Assembly (NCBI RefSeq): GCF_021028975.2
Contig: NC_059430.1
Coordinates: forward strand, 37,200,001-37,264,000
Reading direction: 5' to 3'
DNA: 64,000 nt
Source: Sphaerodactylus townsendi
Lineage: Eukaryota
Shown: positions 51,560 through 64,000 of the stretch, piece by piece
Layout: each line of letters opens with the position of its first letter
Numbering within the stretch: position 1 is the stretch's first letter
Translations under genes and position numbers: made by a program
Notes under the pieces: model-generated
Database searches by the model: none
The model's input: only the letters and a program-made list of their open reading frames with translations
What the model was told of the DNA's origin: nothing

Positions 51560-51770
51560 AATAGGGTAAAGCCTTCCAAGCCCTGTTCAAGCACCCCTGG
51601 GGTGACATCATATCACAACATTTCTAGGCAGACTATGTTTACGGGATGGTTTGCCATAGTCTTCCCCACTTTACCCCCAGTAAGCTGTGTACTCATTTTA
51701 CCAACCTTGGAAGGATTGAAGGCTGAGTCAGTCCATCGACCTTGAGCTGGCTACGTGAAATTGGGGATTG
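51560..51770 (+). mobile_element. Sauria SINE fragment
   Basis: ggtttgccat..tactcattttacc..ggaaggattgaaggctgagtca, typical Sauria SINE 3' region. Confidence 0.65.
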
Positions 51771-52068
51771 AGCTGTCGCCCCTAAGCCACCCAAAGCATC
51801 AGACATGGCAGCATAACATTCTAAACTTGTAAAAAGGACCCCTATTGAATTTAGTGCACCATATTTCCCACCAAGTGGAACTGGGGGTTGTATCACACCT
51901 CGAGAGGTCTTGCTAATATAGGTCAAATTCAGAAAGTTTGTCTTGAAATTATCTTCATACCATTCTTGCTTGGATTGTTCAAGTACCAGATCATACCACC
52001 CTCATAGGTATGCAGACTAGATGATAGTATTTATGTTGTACCCAGTCTACAGTGAGATAGCTCAGTAG

Positions 52069-52221
<153 letters not shown>

Positions 52222-53152
52222 TGATGTGATGTTGCATGGAAGCCTTACTTGAGAAACAAAGGATAACTGCAGAGGGACATGGAGTATAATGTAGAAGTTT
52301 TGGGGCATTGTGCTCCTTGGTGGTGCTAACAATGTTTCATTCCATGGGGTGAGATCCATGAGCAGTCTTGCAGAAACAGGAAATGGGTTGGGGAGGCTTT
52401 CCCAGAGGAAGAGCAGAAGAATGAATGCTGCATAGCAATTGCTATGTTGGATCACAGTTTTAAGTTTACAGGTTGTTTCTCAGCTGAAAATTGCTCCATT
52501 AGGTCTGAGGGAGAGGGGAAGGGAGGAATATCACGCTTGGAAGCAAACACTTGGGATTTTGTGAATCATTGCTGAAGTGGGATAATTCCGCAACCCTCTG
52601 TTGGAAGGGACTAGTTCCGTGACATCCCAGAGGCTGTGGCTTAGTAGCTTAGCATGTGTAAGATACCACGAACTGAGCCTGGCATCTCTTGTAACAAATG
52701 CTGGAAAGTCCTGTCTCAACCTGAATTCCCAAAGAGTTCAAGCTGGGAGTGCATGACACTGTGTTAAATGGACCAGTGTCTGACTTGGTATAACACAGTT
52801 TCATGTGTTGAGTGCCACCTTCCTCAAAAAGGCACTAAAGCCTTTCAGTTTGAGCTGGCAGTCTCATGAAGTAGCCAGGATGTCCCAAAGAGGACATCCT
52901 GCTCTTTAAGTGTACAGGAACTGCTCTGGCAGCCAGCAATCACTCATCTTTGTTTGACAGTTTCCCCTGACGGAATCTGGTCTGCCTATGTGCTGAGGTT
53001 GTGAAAGGACTTTGCCATCTCAAGCAGATAAGTCTGCTGACTTTTGGACTTAGAAAGGTATAACTCTGCTTAGAATGGCACTTCAAACCTGGCGAGTCTG
53101 CCTGGAAGGAAGGCTCCCTTGTTACACAATGTACTGTTTCCAATCCTGCTAG

Positions 53153-53293
<141 letters not shown>

Positions 53294-54633
53294 TGAATAT
53301 GGTTCCCCTAAAATGTGTTCTTAAAGGTTTATGCCTCATCTTTTGATTAGTTGGCTTCCAGGATAATTTATAATACGTTGAAACAATACAAGGAACATCA
53401 CTTTTTGCTTAACTCTTGGTAGCGGCACAGCCAAGAGAGACATTAGTTCCTTTACCCAGCATTCTGATGGTCTTGCTTTTTATTTGATTGTTTGTATATT
53501 TAGATATTTCCCCCCAATGATCTGCCCTTATGGGAGCTGCTATGATCCTAGCAGAAATCTCTCCTCTAATAACTGTACTGAAAGAGACCATGGGTGATAG
53601 CAGCTTCTAGAAATGGGGCTACAAACCAAGGCAGTATCGTATATGACTTCTGACTTGTCTCTAGGAGGTGAAGTGTTGTAGGCAGTGGGATCAGTCTCAG
53701 GTCTGTTTTGTTTTACCTTACCCTGCCAAGTTGTTCAGTGGAACTGCAAAACATATGGGCCGATTCTGATTAATACTCTGAATTATCAGCTGTTCACCTG
53801 GACTAAAGCTAATTCCTAAGAAGGGAGAGACCTATGTGCAAGCAGGTTAGATGAGGGAAACTTTTTCTGTGACTGCCATCTGTGCTGAAATAGGGAACTA
53901 CACACAGTCCACTCATGTGGTAGTTGACTCATCTGGTGCTATGGTCAGATGACTCACTGGGAACTAATTGCTGTAGGAACACTTCATTATCATCTAGATT
54001 TTAAGGTTGTACACACATTACATTTTGGTTTCTTGCCGTGTATAAAAAGACAAGAAAATAGCCCCAAATGCATAAACATCAAGTTCTAGACAACAGTACA
54101 CAGCAAGAAAATACAGATTCCAGTAGTCTGATATTTAAATGGTCTTCTGTATTTGGTTGTGGGTCAGAAATATGCCAAAGGTTAACTGACAAACACAGAC
54201 AGGAAGTGTATTATTTTGACACTTTTCACCACTGTCTTTTAATGAAAACAAGATCAAGGTAGCTTACAATATATTGTAACTTTCTCCTGCTACTTCATTT
54301 GTGGGGGGAAAATGAAGTCTTGCAACAAATAGCTTTTTCATACATAAATTACAAGAATTGTGTAATACCATGAGTAATAATGAAATGAATTTTATGTATA
54401 AACTTTTTGGAACATAAGAGGTGCCCTGATAGATCAGACTTGGGACCCAGCCAGTCAGCTCTCTGGTTTCACACAGTAGCCAACCACTTGGTTTGGTGGG
54501 CCAACAAACATGGCGCGGACCTCCCCTGCTGTTGCCTCTTAGCATTAATATTATTATTAATATATTTATTACCCCTGAATATGGAGGTTCCCTTTTGTCA
54601 CCATAGCTAGTAGCCACCGAAGGACCTCTCCAT

Positions 54634-55136
54634 GGCCCCTTCCGCACAGGCCAAAAACACCAGTTTAAGGACGGTAAAAACACCATTTTGGGAGAGAACT
54701 TCGTACAGCCACCGTTGCTGCAATGCCCTATTTTCCCCCAAACGTGTATTGGTGAATCGATAAACTAGCGATTCTTTCCAAAAATGGCGCTCTGCAACTG
54801 GTGTCGAGCGAACTGCCGGGCAGGAGGCGCTTCTGCCCCGGCCACGTTTGCATTTAAAAAAGAATTCCGGTTCATGTCTGCGTAGCCACACAGGTACACA
54901 GGGTCATATCAGGGTCTCACCAGATGTCAAAGTGGCTGTGGGAGTACATGAGTGCGTTCCTGAGTAGCTACGCAGAAATGAGTGGCTGACAAAAAAATTC
55001 CCACCGAGCTGCAATCTGAAGTCTCGTGGCCCTGCCAATTCGCTTGCTGTTGATGGGAGGGCCAACTGTGCGAACAGATCGGGGTGACACCGGTTTCGTT
55101 TACACAGCGCTTTTTATTTGCTGTGCGGAAGGGGCC
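54634..55136. mobile_element. PIF/Harbinger-like MITE nested in a CR1 fragment
   Basis: 16-bp perfect TIR ggccccttccgcacag; 3-bp TSD cat. Confidence 0.85.
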
Positions 55137-55181
55137 CATGAATCTGTGTAATCCATCTTTAAAGCCATCTGTGCTCAAGGA

Positions 55182-55465
55182 GAAGAGTTAGGATTTATAT
55201 CCCTCCTTTTTCTTCTGTAGGAGACTCAAAGGGGCTTACAATCTCCTTTCCCTTCTCCTCTCACAACAAACACCCTGTGAGGTGGTTGGAGCTGAGAGAG
55301 CTCAGAAGAACACTGACTAGCCCAAGGTCACCCAGCTGGCATGTGTTGGTATGCACAGGCTAATCTGAATTCCCCAGATAAGCCTCCACAGCTCAAGCAG
55401 CAGAGTGGGGAATCAAACTCAGTTCCTCCAGATTAGAATGCATCTCCCCTTAACCACTATGTCAC
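55182..55465 (-). mobile_element. tRNA-derived SINE (Squam3-like)
   Basis: Homologous to the other copies; nested in the same CR1 fragment. Confidence 0.65.
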
Positions 55466-56164
55466 TGCGTCATCACTATGCCCACTGGCAGCAAACTGTG
55501 TGATTTAATTCAGTGTACAATTTAATTACTTCAGTGAACAGATTCTTCCCATTTGTCTATCTTGAATCTACTGCCAATTGGCTTCATTGAGTACCCCCAA
55601 GTTCTAATACTACAGGAGGAGAAAAGAGTTCTCTAACCACTGTCTCAACTTTGAACAGTTGGTCAATAAATGAGAAGTATAGAAGTACACCTAATTTTAT
55701 ATCGTTGTGTGATCAAGTGTCCCAGCATTTTGTAGACTGGAGAACCAGGTTTCATTCCCCATTCCTCCACATGAGCGGCAGACTCTTATCTGGTGAACTG
55801 GATTTCTTTCCCTGCTCCTACACACCTGCTGGGTGACCCTAGGCTGGTCACAATTCAGTTAGAACTCTCTCAGCCCCACCTACCTCACAAGGTTCTGTTG
55901 TAGGGAGAGGAAGGAAAGGAGTTTGTAAGCCATCTTGTGTCTCCACTCTTCTTCTTTTCCTCTATTGCGGAGAACAGGGTGTCAAATTGTTAAATTTCCC
56001 ATCATTATGTGGAATTTTTGGTAGGACACTAATTGTTTTCAAGTACTTGCTGCATTTGCATAATGACATTTGAGTTAAATGTTCTTGATTTCAGAAGTGT
56101 TTTGTTGGGCATATCTGTCATCTAGAAAAAGGGGGAATGAGCGTTCACAAACAGGAATCAAAAT

Positions 56165-56900
56165 TTGGGTGCTGTGTGGTTTCTGGGCTGTATGGCCGTG
56201 TTCTAGCAGCATTCTCTCCTGACATTTCGCCTGCATCTGTGGCTGGCATCTTCAGAGGATCTGATGTTGGGAAAGCAAGTGGAGTATATATCTGTTGGAG
56301 TGTCCAGGGTGGGTGGAGAAACCTTGTCTGTGAGTAACAAAGAAGGCAACCAGGTCAATAGTTGAGGGCATCTGAATAGAAGTATGAGTAACAATGAAGA
56401 CTATAGCATGGGCGTAACACTGGAGATAACAATTTTAACAGGAAGGAAGAAACTATGAAAATGAACAGAACTTGGCTGCCAGTGTTGAAAAATACTAGAG
56501 TCAAGACAGTGTCTAACCAGCTCCACACGAACACAGGATGACCATAGACAAAAGAAACAAAGGCCAGGATACTTCTATTCAGATGCTCCCACCAGTGACC
56601 TTGTTATCTCCAGTGTTACGCCCATGCTATAGTCTTCATTGTTACTCATACTTCTATTCAGATGCCCTCAACTATTGACCTGGTTGCCTTCTTTGTTACT
56701 CACAGACAAGGTTTCTCCACCCACCCTGGACACTCCAACAGATATATACTCCATTTGCTTTCCCAACATCAGATCCTCTGAAGATGCCAGCCACAGATGC
56801 AGGCGAAACGTCAGGAGAGAATGCTGCTGGAACACGGCCATACAGCCCGGAAACCACACAGCACCCAAGTGATTCTGGCCATGAAAGCCTTCGACAATAC
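56165..56900. mobile_element. 5'-truncated Penelope-like element with inverted pLTR
   Basis: 268-bp inverted arms (56165-56432, 56601-56868); spacer encodes NRKEETMKMNRTWLPVLKN, resembling the end of the PLE GIY-YIG domain. Confidence 0.8.
56774..56816 (+). ncRNA. Minimal type I hammerhead ribozyme motif in KCTD17 intron 4
   Basis: tcct CTGAAGA t gcc-agccacagatgca-ggc GAAAC GTC agga; predicted cleavage after C56812. Confidence 0.7.
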
Positions 56901-57041
56901 AAGGAATCAAAATGTTATTTATCTTGCTTCTTTCTGTTTGTTTAATTACTCTGTATTTTATGCCTCCTTGAACTTTTTTGTTGTTATTGAGACCAGGATA
57001 AAAATGCAATAAATTGGTCAACTCTTCCCTTTGTTTGCTAG

Positions 57042-57167
57042 CTGGTGAATATTGGGTCGTCCTATAATTATGGGAACGAGGACCAGTCGGAGTTCCTGTG
57101 TGTGGTCTCTAAGGAACTGTGCAGCTCGCCCAATGGCCTGGGATGTGAGCCCAGCCGAAAAGCCAAG
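57042..57167 (+). CDS. KCTD17: KCTD17 exon 5
   Basis: [42 protein letters not shown]; AG/GT bounded. Confidence 0.96.
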
Positions 57168-58787
57168 GTGAGAGCCATTCTGGGCATACTTGTCTTCCCA
57201 ATTGCCTGCTTTTCAAGCAAGTGTGTAAAGGCACACTACTGTACCCTGGATGCTGAGGTGCCTTCTCTCAGATGGAAGGCCCAGGGTACACAATATAGTT
57301 TCCTAACCTCTGTTTGTGGAGGATTAAATACAAGGGCAGGATAGTGATGTGACCACTAAGAGTATAATCCCATTTTCGAGGTATATTGCAGCCACTGGCT
57401 TCCAGAACCTGGGATTGATCATGGGTTCACCCCATAATTGCGTTGTGCTGCTGAGCAGTCCATTGGCCACCAAAAGGTTGGAGGCTACTGTAAGATTGAA
57501 AAAAGCTCTGTCCGCATTGGCAGTGCTGCAAAATAATGTGTGCCTTTCAGTTCTTGTTTCCAGTGACTCTAATATTGGTAGACTACTCCCATCTGGCTGT
57601 CACTCATAGCCTATGCTGAGATGGGAAATCTCAGGAAGTGCTGGGAGGCTTGGTGATCTCTCTTTAGAGGTGCTTTGTTTAAAGTAGTATTAACAGCAAA
57701 TGTGGGATCTAATGGGATAGGGCGAGACTGAGAGGGATTCTGCCAATATTCTGAACTGTGGGTGTGTCTGCCAGTTTAGAAGTGAGGGTGCCATTTCTGA
57801 ATACATACTGAGCTTTTTTTGTGTCCTGCAACTCAGCCTTTGAGGCAGGTTCCTAGATAGATGCTCCCCTGCTTTGACCAAGCATGGAGGTTCTTATATT
57901 CTGAAGGTGGTCAAGTTGCATCTGCATTTTTCAGTGTCACTGCTGAGTCTGCTGCCCACCTGCACCATGTTGCGATCTCATTGGTACACAGATGCTCTAA
58001 ATATTTTGAATACCTCTTTATCAGTTCTGCTCATGTTCTCCTTTTTACTCCTTCCGGAGATGACAAACAACATCCCTTCTGCTGAAGTTTGGTTAGTGTT
58101 CTCCCAAGAAGTAGGGAGAAAGGCAGAGCTACCTGTTTTGATAAAAGTGGAAATTTAGTAATTAACCCTAACCCAGCCTCATTAATAAGCAAGCATCTCC
58201 TGCATTTCTATGTTGGATATGATTGCTGGGCAAATGTTCAGTGGCAACATGAATTTCTCTTGAAAGCCCTCATTAATTAAATTAATTAATTAGATTAAGT
58301 AATGAAGTTAATTAAAACAGCAACTGAAACTCTTTCCTGAGCACAGGTCTAACCACTTGTTTTTAACAGGGATTCTGCAAAATTAATGAAATTTCAATCA
58401 ATTAATTGTGTCAGTTTTAGTCTATTAAATCAGTATGCATTTTTGCACATGAATAAAAACTGAGAGAAAGGTATTCATACAGCTTTTTCACACTTTAAAA
58501 TGCCATATGCTATCTTGAAGGCAGTTCCTTTCCTGTTTGAGAAAGGTGTGTGTAAGGGAATGACTCTTTTAAAATGGCGCCTGCTGCCAAAGTGTATGTA
58601 AATAATGGCATTTTTAAAAAATCTGCCCAGTTTATTAGGATCATGTTTTTAATATATAAATAAAAACTTGGTGGGTTAATTGATTGACTTCAACCCCAAG
58701 CACATACATGCTTTTCATTCACTTCAATGGTCTTAGAGGGGTTTGACTGTTTAGGATGACATTAAGTGTTTTGCCCCTAGTTTTAAG

Positions 58788-58912
58788 GATGGGGTGGCCA
58801 ACCTATGATGCGCCAGATATTCCTGGACTGCAATTCCCATGGCTATGCTGGCAGGGGCTAATGGAAATTGTAGTCCATGAACATCTGGAGCACCATAGAT
58901 TGGCTACCCCTC
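58788..58912. mobile_element. Degenerate hAT MITE
   Basis: Same family as 37668-37815. Confidence 0.6.
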
Positions 58913-58980
58913 AGGCACAAAGACTGGATTGCAAGCTTTTCCCACCCTCTCTTCCTTTTGTACTGCATGTTGGGATGCAG

Positions 58981-59104
58981 AGCATGGAGGAGGATCCAGA
59001 TCAAAAGGAGGAGGAACATCAAGAGGAAGAGGAGGAGGAAGAAGAGCAGGAACAGGAGGAGGAGACAGAAGCTGAGGCTGAGGCAGACGCAGCGGAGGAG
59101 AAAG
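58981..59104 (+). CDS. KCTD17: KCTD17 exon 6 (acidic, probably alternative)
   Basis: SMEEDPDQKEEE..EADAAEEK resembles the human Glu-rich segment; donor G|gtgcag, or read-through to TGA at 59121. Confidence 0.75.
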
Positions 59105-60885
59105 GTGCAGCAAATCCCTGAGGAAAATCATGACCCAGACAAACACAAGCTGAAAGCCACCTGCTCCCTTTGGGTGAAAGCTGGTGGCAGGGAAGCATTC
59201 TGTGAGGGGAGTCTGGGAAGGTCCCTGCAGGGAACAAGCAATATGCTGAAGCCAACGGCTCAGTGAGAGACTGGGGAGGACGGCTTTCTTTGGGCAGCTG
59301 CTGCTTTTTGGTACAAGCGGACTTTTATGTGTTAATGTGTCTCCAGGTCATCTAACCAGGGTTCTGCTGAATGTCTCCCGATCTCCTCCAATTCTTTTGG
59401 AGGTTTCTTTCACCTGGCTTGCGCTCCCCCTGCTCTGCACTCTTTCCCTCGCTCAACGATGACTGTTTCCTCACCTTCTGGAAAGCCTGAGCTCCTGTCT
59501 CTTGTCTCACCCCCATGCCCAGAACCCTGTATTCTACCCTCCTCCTCCTCCTCCTCTTCCCCCTTCTCCTTTGCAAATGCCACTCCTGTTTTCATTCTCA
59601 GGTTTGTATGATTAATTCCCGCCTTCCCTTCCCTTTTCATGATTCTTCCGGCAAGGAATTAATAGGGAGAACGACTCCTTGTGCTGAATTAGTCTTCCAG
59701 GGTAATCCCCCTGGGGAGGGTGTTTCAAGAAAGGAGGGAAGTGGCTGGAAAATGTCATGAAACATATAGTATTTCCTCTACAGTGAGTCAGACTCCTGTG
59801 CCATCCAGTCTACTCCGTCCTTTCTGTGCCCAAAATACCATTTTTTTTAAAGCTGGGGAATACAGTGATTGACACTGGACCTTGGCTTAACATTCAGTGG
59901 TGATGGCCCTTCCCCAAAGATGTCAAAGAATGCTGATTTATAATGGAATTAAAAGCAAAAAAAGGTCCCCCCCTTTCTTTGCTCAGAATAAATTATGCAG
60001 GTTTGTATTTTGCTTGTATTTGCATAATTTTGGTAGCTGTTCTTAAGAGTGGTTGGCAGGAGGCGAGCATGGTGGACTGGGGACATTAATAAGGGATTGA
60101 GGATGGGGAAAGCAATGTAGACTGTTGTAGAAGACTTGCCCCCCACCTACCAGTCCCCACCGCCTCAGTACTGCCTATCCTCTTGTGTCAACCTTAAATC
60201 TGGGGCTCTCAATAAGCCAAGCTCTGCAGCAGAGTCCAGATGCTGGCCACGGTCCAGTATAGCATTAAGTGCACTTAAGACAATTGATTTCAGTTGGAGG
60301 TCCAAAGCAGAAGAGAGCGTCAGCATCCCCAACACAAAAGGCCTCCCCAGAAATGGCTGCCAAATGAGCAACTGCTGGCATTTTGCATGAAAATGTCCAG
60401 GTTTCTCCCCCCCCCCCCCCGCCCCCGTCCCCTTTCTCTATGCAAAAGCAAATTATCTGGCAGAGCTGCCTTGAAGGAGTTGCAGCTCTCTGACAGTGTG
60501 AAGCATGTGCTACAGACCAGCTGGCCACTTCTGTTGAACCAGGGCTCAGATAGGGCTTTGTTTGGGACCCTTTGCTGCTGGTACCTTTATATTGTCTCCT
60601 ACTGAAGGAGAGTGGAAGATTTGCTATAGGAGGTGGCTCACCTTTCTCCTCCTGTGCAGGACCTTTTGTGCTCTCAGCTGCAGCCCGAACATAATGTAGC
60701 ACTATAGAATCACAATGCTTGGTATTCACAAGTGTTTTTCCCCCTTTCTCTCCTCTTTCGCATCTGTTCTCCCACCCACTGTGTGTTCTTTTTCTGCATC
60801 CTTTTTAATTTATCTTAGTCTTGCTTTTTCCTTGTTACTTGACTTCACTTGGTCTTCCAGCTCTGTTTGTTCTTGTCGATTCAAG

Positions 60886-60937
60886 CTGTTACAAACCAGA
60901 AGTCTCAGGATGTAATGCTGACGATCAATTTGTTTAA
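60886..60937 (+). CDS. KCTD17: KCTD17 terminal exon (two usable frames)
   Basis: LLQTRSLRM* (stop ends 60915) or CYKPEVSGCNADDQFV* (stop ends 60937); AATAAA at 60984-60989. Confidence 0.75.
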
Positions 60938-63900
60938 TTTTTTTTAAAATCTTTATTTTTGTATTGTGTGTTTGAAAGAAAACAATAAAACACTGCTAGG
61001 GCTGGAGTTTGGATGGTGTTGCAATTTTGTCACGTTCCTCTTCCCTTCCACCTACAGCATTTTGGGGTTTGGCAAAATATTTTTGAGATTCTAGTGTTTA
61101 CAGTGACAAGGCATCTCCTCCGAGGTTGACTTGGAATGTGTGTTGTTTCTTCATCTTCACTGTAGATCTGGCCTTCCAAACTGTCACAGCAACCACTGAT
61201 AGCTGCAGTTTTGCGTTTGCTTTTTCTACCACTCCTGAGTAGGGGGGAATCTAATAATCAAAGTAACCAAAGACGTGCCTGCTTTACACACTTAACTTCA
61301 GTTTTAAACCTGGTTAGCAGTCACAATTCCCAGTCATGCTACCCTGGGAATTGTAGTTCTACAAAGAGTTCAGAGATCTGAGACTAAGGGGTCCTCATAT
61401 CTTACCAGAAACTACAATCCCCAGAGTTCTTTTGGGGTAGGGTGGCATTGCAGCACTATGTTTCAGAATGCAGGGATCCCTAGAGGCTCCCCTCACCCCA
61501 ACTGAATGGTTTTTCATCAGCCTTTAAAAAAAACCCACAATAAACAAAAACCAGTAGTTTCTATACATCACTACAATATTATAACAACTATTGATGTTTT
61601 TTAAGCCATGCAGTGGTTTGTAGGGCGGCTATGACAGCAGTAAAATGGCATCAGAGGTTAAAAATATATATACTTTCCTGTCCACACAACATGGAAACTC
61701 ACTTGGACTGTGACCTTTTAGGAATATAATTTTGATACTCGCTGACTGTAGGAAAGAATATGGCCATGTTTTCTCTGTTACTTTTGCCAAAAGTAGACAT
61801 TCTTCTGTACGAATGCTGAATAGAAGCACCAACGGCAGATTGTTCTTACCCTGTGACAGAAATGTCCCTTTGTGAAGTATGAGGGAGGTCTCTTGGAAGC
61901 GTGAAAACAAACACACACAACTTCTAATTAGGAGGCTTTATTTCAATCACTGGAAAAAGAGGACAGGATATTTCTGGAATATCTAGTAGTGAGAAAACAC
62001 CGTGATGCTCTGCAGTTTTGGAAAGGTGATGCCTACTGACAGTTTTGGCACTGGGACAACATGCCCATAAAAGTATGCCTGAGGATTCCATGCAAGAAGT
62101 CCTGAATAAATTTCACAGACCATTACTACTGTCTCATTGTCACCTTGGCCACAGCAACCTTGTATGTGAGGTGGGGGCGTGGTTGATCTGGGAATAGTTC
62201 CTTACATAAAGGAATTTGAACTTCAGCAACAGTTTTCATTTTTATGTGGGACACACTTCATTTACAGAGCAGAACTGGGTAAAGCCCAAATATATTAACA
62301 TTTTCAGCCCCACAGGGTCCACAAGACTCACATCTTCTGTATCTCAACCTGGGCTACAGGTCCTGAGATCCTTGATTGTTTAGGTCTTCTCAGCTTGTAC
62401 TATATATCTTCCAGAAATTTCTTGTCATTACAGATTTAGTCTCCAGATATGACAGTAGAAGAGAATGTCTTCATTTTGTCTGTCCTGCACACTGTTTGTG
62501 TACCAATTGGGGAATTTTTTCATTGTTAGGAACTATGGCCTGGCTAAACTTGATAAGGAATCTGGGCCTAAACATATAGTTGACTTTCTGTCTAGTCCCC
62601 TGAGGTTCACAGGCACTATGAGTAGCTGCTGTTATTTATCTATTTAGAAAATTTTCTGGGAAGCCTCTCCAGGAATCTGCCTAAAGAGGATTGCAAAATA
62701 AAACATAACAAAAACCACACATTAAAATAGTAATTAAACTCCAGCATTAAAAACCCAAGTTGAACATGAAACCATAAAACTGGACAACTGACAGCTTAAA
62801 ATAAATTTCAAGACTAAAATAACAATAAAACATGAGGTGGACCCGATAAAGGAAGCCATGCCCTCCAGTTTGGAAGACCTGAACCAGCCTGTCAGTGATG
62901 TTTTGCAAGTAGTTAAAGTTGTCATAAGTTGTAAGCAACTTGATAGGGCACAACACACATACACTGTGTAAATGAGGTCTGTGGTGTTTGTGTTAAAGAA
63001 ACCAGTTTGCATCTATCAACTATACAACACATACTGGTGCCTTTCGCCTCCACTATTCTCACCTGGAGGCCCACAAAGTGATTCTATTATGAATGTATGT
63101 AATGATAAATGTAACTTTTGAGCTACTGTAGGTTTGGAACTGAGCTTCTCTTGGCCCTACACCCAAGATCAAATTTCATGTTGTTGGACTGACATGTGGA
63201 AGACTTTTTGTTGCCACAGATGTTGCTCAGGCTACAGTACTCTTGTGAGACTTTAGTTTTATTTGTAAAGTGAGACAAGATTACTAAGTCCTCTTGGTAG
63301 CAGAAGACCCAACATTTTTGTCTGTGATGATAAGTTCTTTGCCCACAAGGTCAGTATACACTTGTACAAGAATCAAACTGGTTAAATTTTCATGGATTCT
63401 TTCAAAGACTGAAAATGATTGGGGTGTGGAGATGAAGGCTGCTGTCATTTTTCTCTGGTGCCCTTTCATGGTACTACTTAACTTGCACTTTCCTTGCTTA
63501 GGTGCCATGACAGTTACATACGAAAACAATTTTCAGTATAGTACAATATCTTATGTCTCTGTAGGCTGATGAATTTTTTTTATTTCATCACATTTTCAAA
63601 GATGGAAGTAGGCTTCATTATTACAAAGCACACTTGTCCTTGAATACAAACTCTACTGAACACATTAAGCCTTCAGAGGAAACACGACAGGGTCAGGCTT
63701 TTCAAATGGATTATTTCCTTCAATTCCATGATAAAGAGGCAAGATCAAACTAGGTTACAAGGAACAAGCAGTATTGTTCTGTGCAAAGCAATTTTTCTAT
63801 TGTTAGTAATGCTTCCTTTTCGTAAGAACAGGGGACATTTAAAACTTAAATATTAAAATGAATTCACGATCCAGTACAGGTTAGAATTCCCATATAAATG

Positions 63901-64000
63901 AATGACAACAAGTTACTTGTACTAAAAAATGTGAGAACCTATATTCTGGTTGCATGTGGAATGATGGTGTCCTTTGGAAGAGAAGGCAAGACTAGTGTAG

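Noticed and set aside
61000-64000. TMPRSS6, expected by synteny
   Set aside because: No serine-protease exon recognised inside the window.

Overview
This is vertebrate genomic DNA; the repeat content (Sauria/Squam-type SINEs, 5S-derived SINEs, CR1/L2, Penelope elements, hAT and Harbinger MITEs) points to a squamate, probably a gecko (inference). The window carries the conserved synteny block CSF2RB(+, last two exons) - CIMIP4/TEX33(-) - TST(-) - MPST(+) - KCTD17(+), reconstructed exon by exon from splice sites and reading phase. TST and MPST are head-to-head rhodanese paralogues sharing a CpG island. Main unexplained observations: (1) a spliced orphan gene model between CIMIP4 and TST, with a Kozak ATG, a 127-nt GT-AG intron, a predicted membrane segment, three EE[VI]S repeats and an RFX X-box-like motif, like its ciliary neighbour; (2) minimal hammerhead ribozyme motifs in Penelope ends, one intact and sense-oriented inside a 268-bp inverted repeat next to KCTD17 exon 5; (3) a frameshifted CSF2RB tail that appears to lack its C-terminus; (4) a dual-frame KCTD17 last exon; (5) a possible GC-AG-spliced N-terminal extension of MPST; (6) a complete non-autonomous Helitron. 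One 149-N assembly gap. Homology calls rest on recalled protein motifs, not on searches.
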